Source: Candidatus Bathyarchaeota archaeon
GTDB lineage: Archaea > Thermoproteota > Bathyarchaeia > TCS64
Reading direction: 5' to 3'
NCBI GenBank assembly: GCA_030613835.1
Contig: JAUWLH010000001.1
Location: 1 to 57,586, forward strand
Length of the DNA: 57,586 nt
Notes under the pieces: model-generated
What the model was told of the DNA's origin: nothing
The model's database searches: none
Seen by the model: the letters and a program-made list of their open reading frames with translations, nothing else
Translations under genes and position numbers: made by a program
Shown: positions 57,490 through 57,586 of the stretch, piece after piece
Numbering within the stretch: the stretch's first letter is position 1
Layout of the letters: every line of letters starts with the position of its first letter

Positions 57490-57586
57490 ATGGATATCAG
57501 CAAAATCAAGCTAGTATACTACTCCCCGACGGGGACAGGCAAGAGAACAGTCGAGGCTATCGGGAAGGGAATGGGGCTCAACTACG
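57490..57586 (+). CDS. Partial CDS (5' end only), with a flavodoxin-like N-terminus
   Basis: MDISKIKLVYYSPTGTGKRTVEAIGKGMGLNY resembles the (V/I)YYSxTG(N/T)T flavodoxin-fold start. Truncated by the window edge. Confidence 0.35.
   Translation, partial: MDISKIKLVYYSPTGTGKRTVEAIGKGMGLNY

Overview
This looks like a core chromosomal segment from an uncultured archaeon, moderately GC-rich by eye. The archaeal assignment rests on these genes: histone, RadA, Hjc, aIF1/SUI1, Nep1, DtdA, GPN-loop GTPase, PAC2, Dph6, archaeal-type GlyRS, and the HMG-CoA synthase/thiolase/DUF35 mevalonate trio. About 65 CDS are packed tightly, and many stop/start junctions overlap (ATGA, TTGA). The functions are housekeeping: central carbon metabolism (ppdK, eno, fumC-sdhAB), translation (thrS, glyS, aIF1), DNA repair (radA, hjc, lhr), redox (trxB plus a thioredoxin-like protein) and cofactor or lipid synthesis. 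I found no rRNA, convincing tRNA, CRISPR array, transposase, integrase or recognisable defence island, and no single clearly novel multi-gene system. The most interesting observations are:

1. Two independent CTGA stop/start junctions, where conserved N-terminal residues of the downstream protein (GPN GTPase, UxaA large subunit) begin exactly at a CTG codon, upstream of the first ATG/GTG/TTG.
2. A short, motif-divergent NrdD-like glycyl-radical enzyme with its own activase and flavodoxin.
3. A LarA-like (nickel-pincer racemase family) gene in an apparent operon with a split UxaA-type sugar-acid dehydratase.
4. Conserved genes interrupted by in-frame stops: an EF-Tu-like gene by TAA, and a CMD/AhpD-like gene by two TAG codons. 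One gene also has a stop-less 3' extension.
5. Several structured or repeat-rich non-coding stretches (1-680, 17539-17720, 18390-18943, 30551-30973, 44749-45168).

By my reading about twenty of the genes called here end in TAG, so I reject genome-wide TAG recoding. All protein-family calls come from motif recognition by eye, not from database searches.
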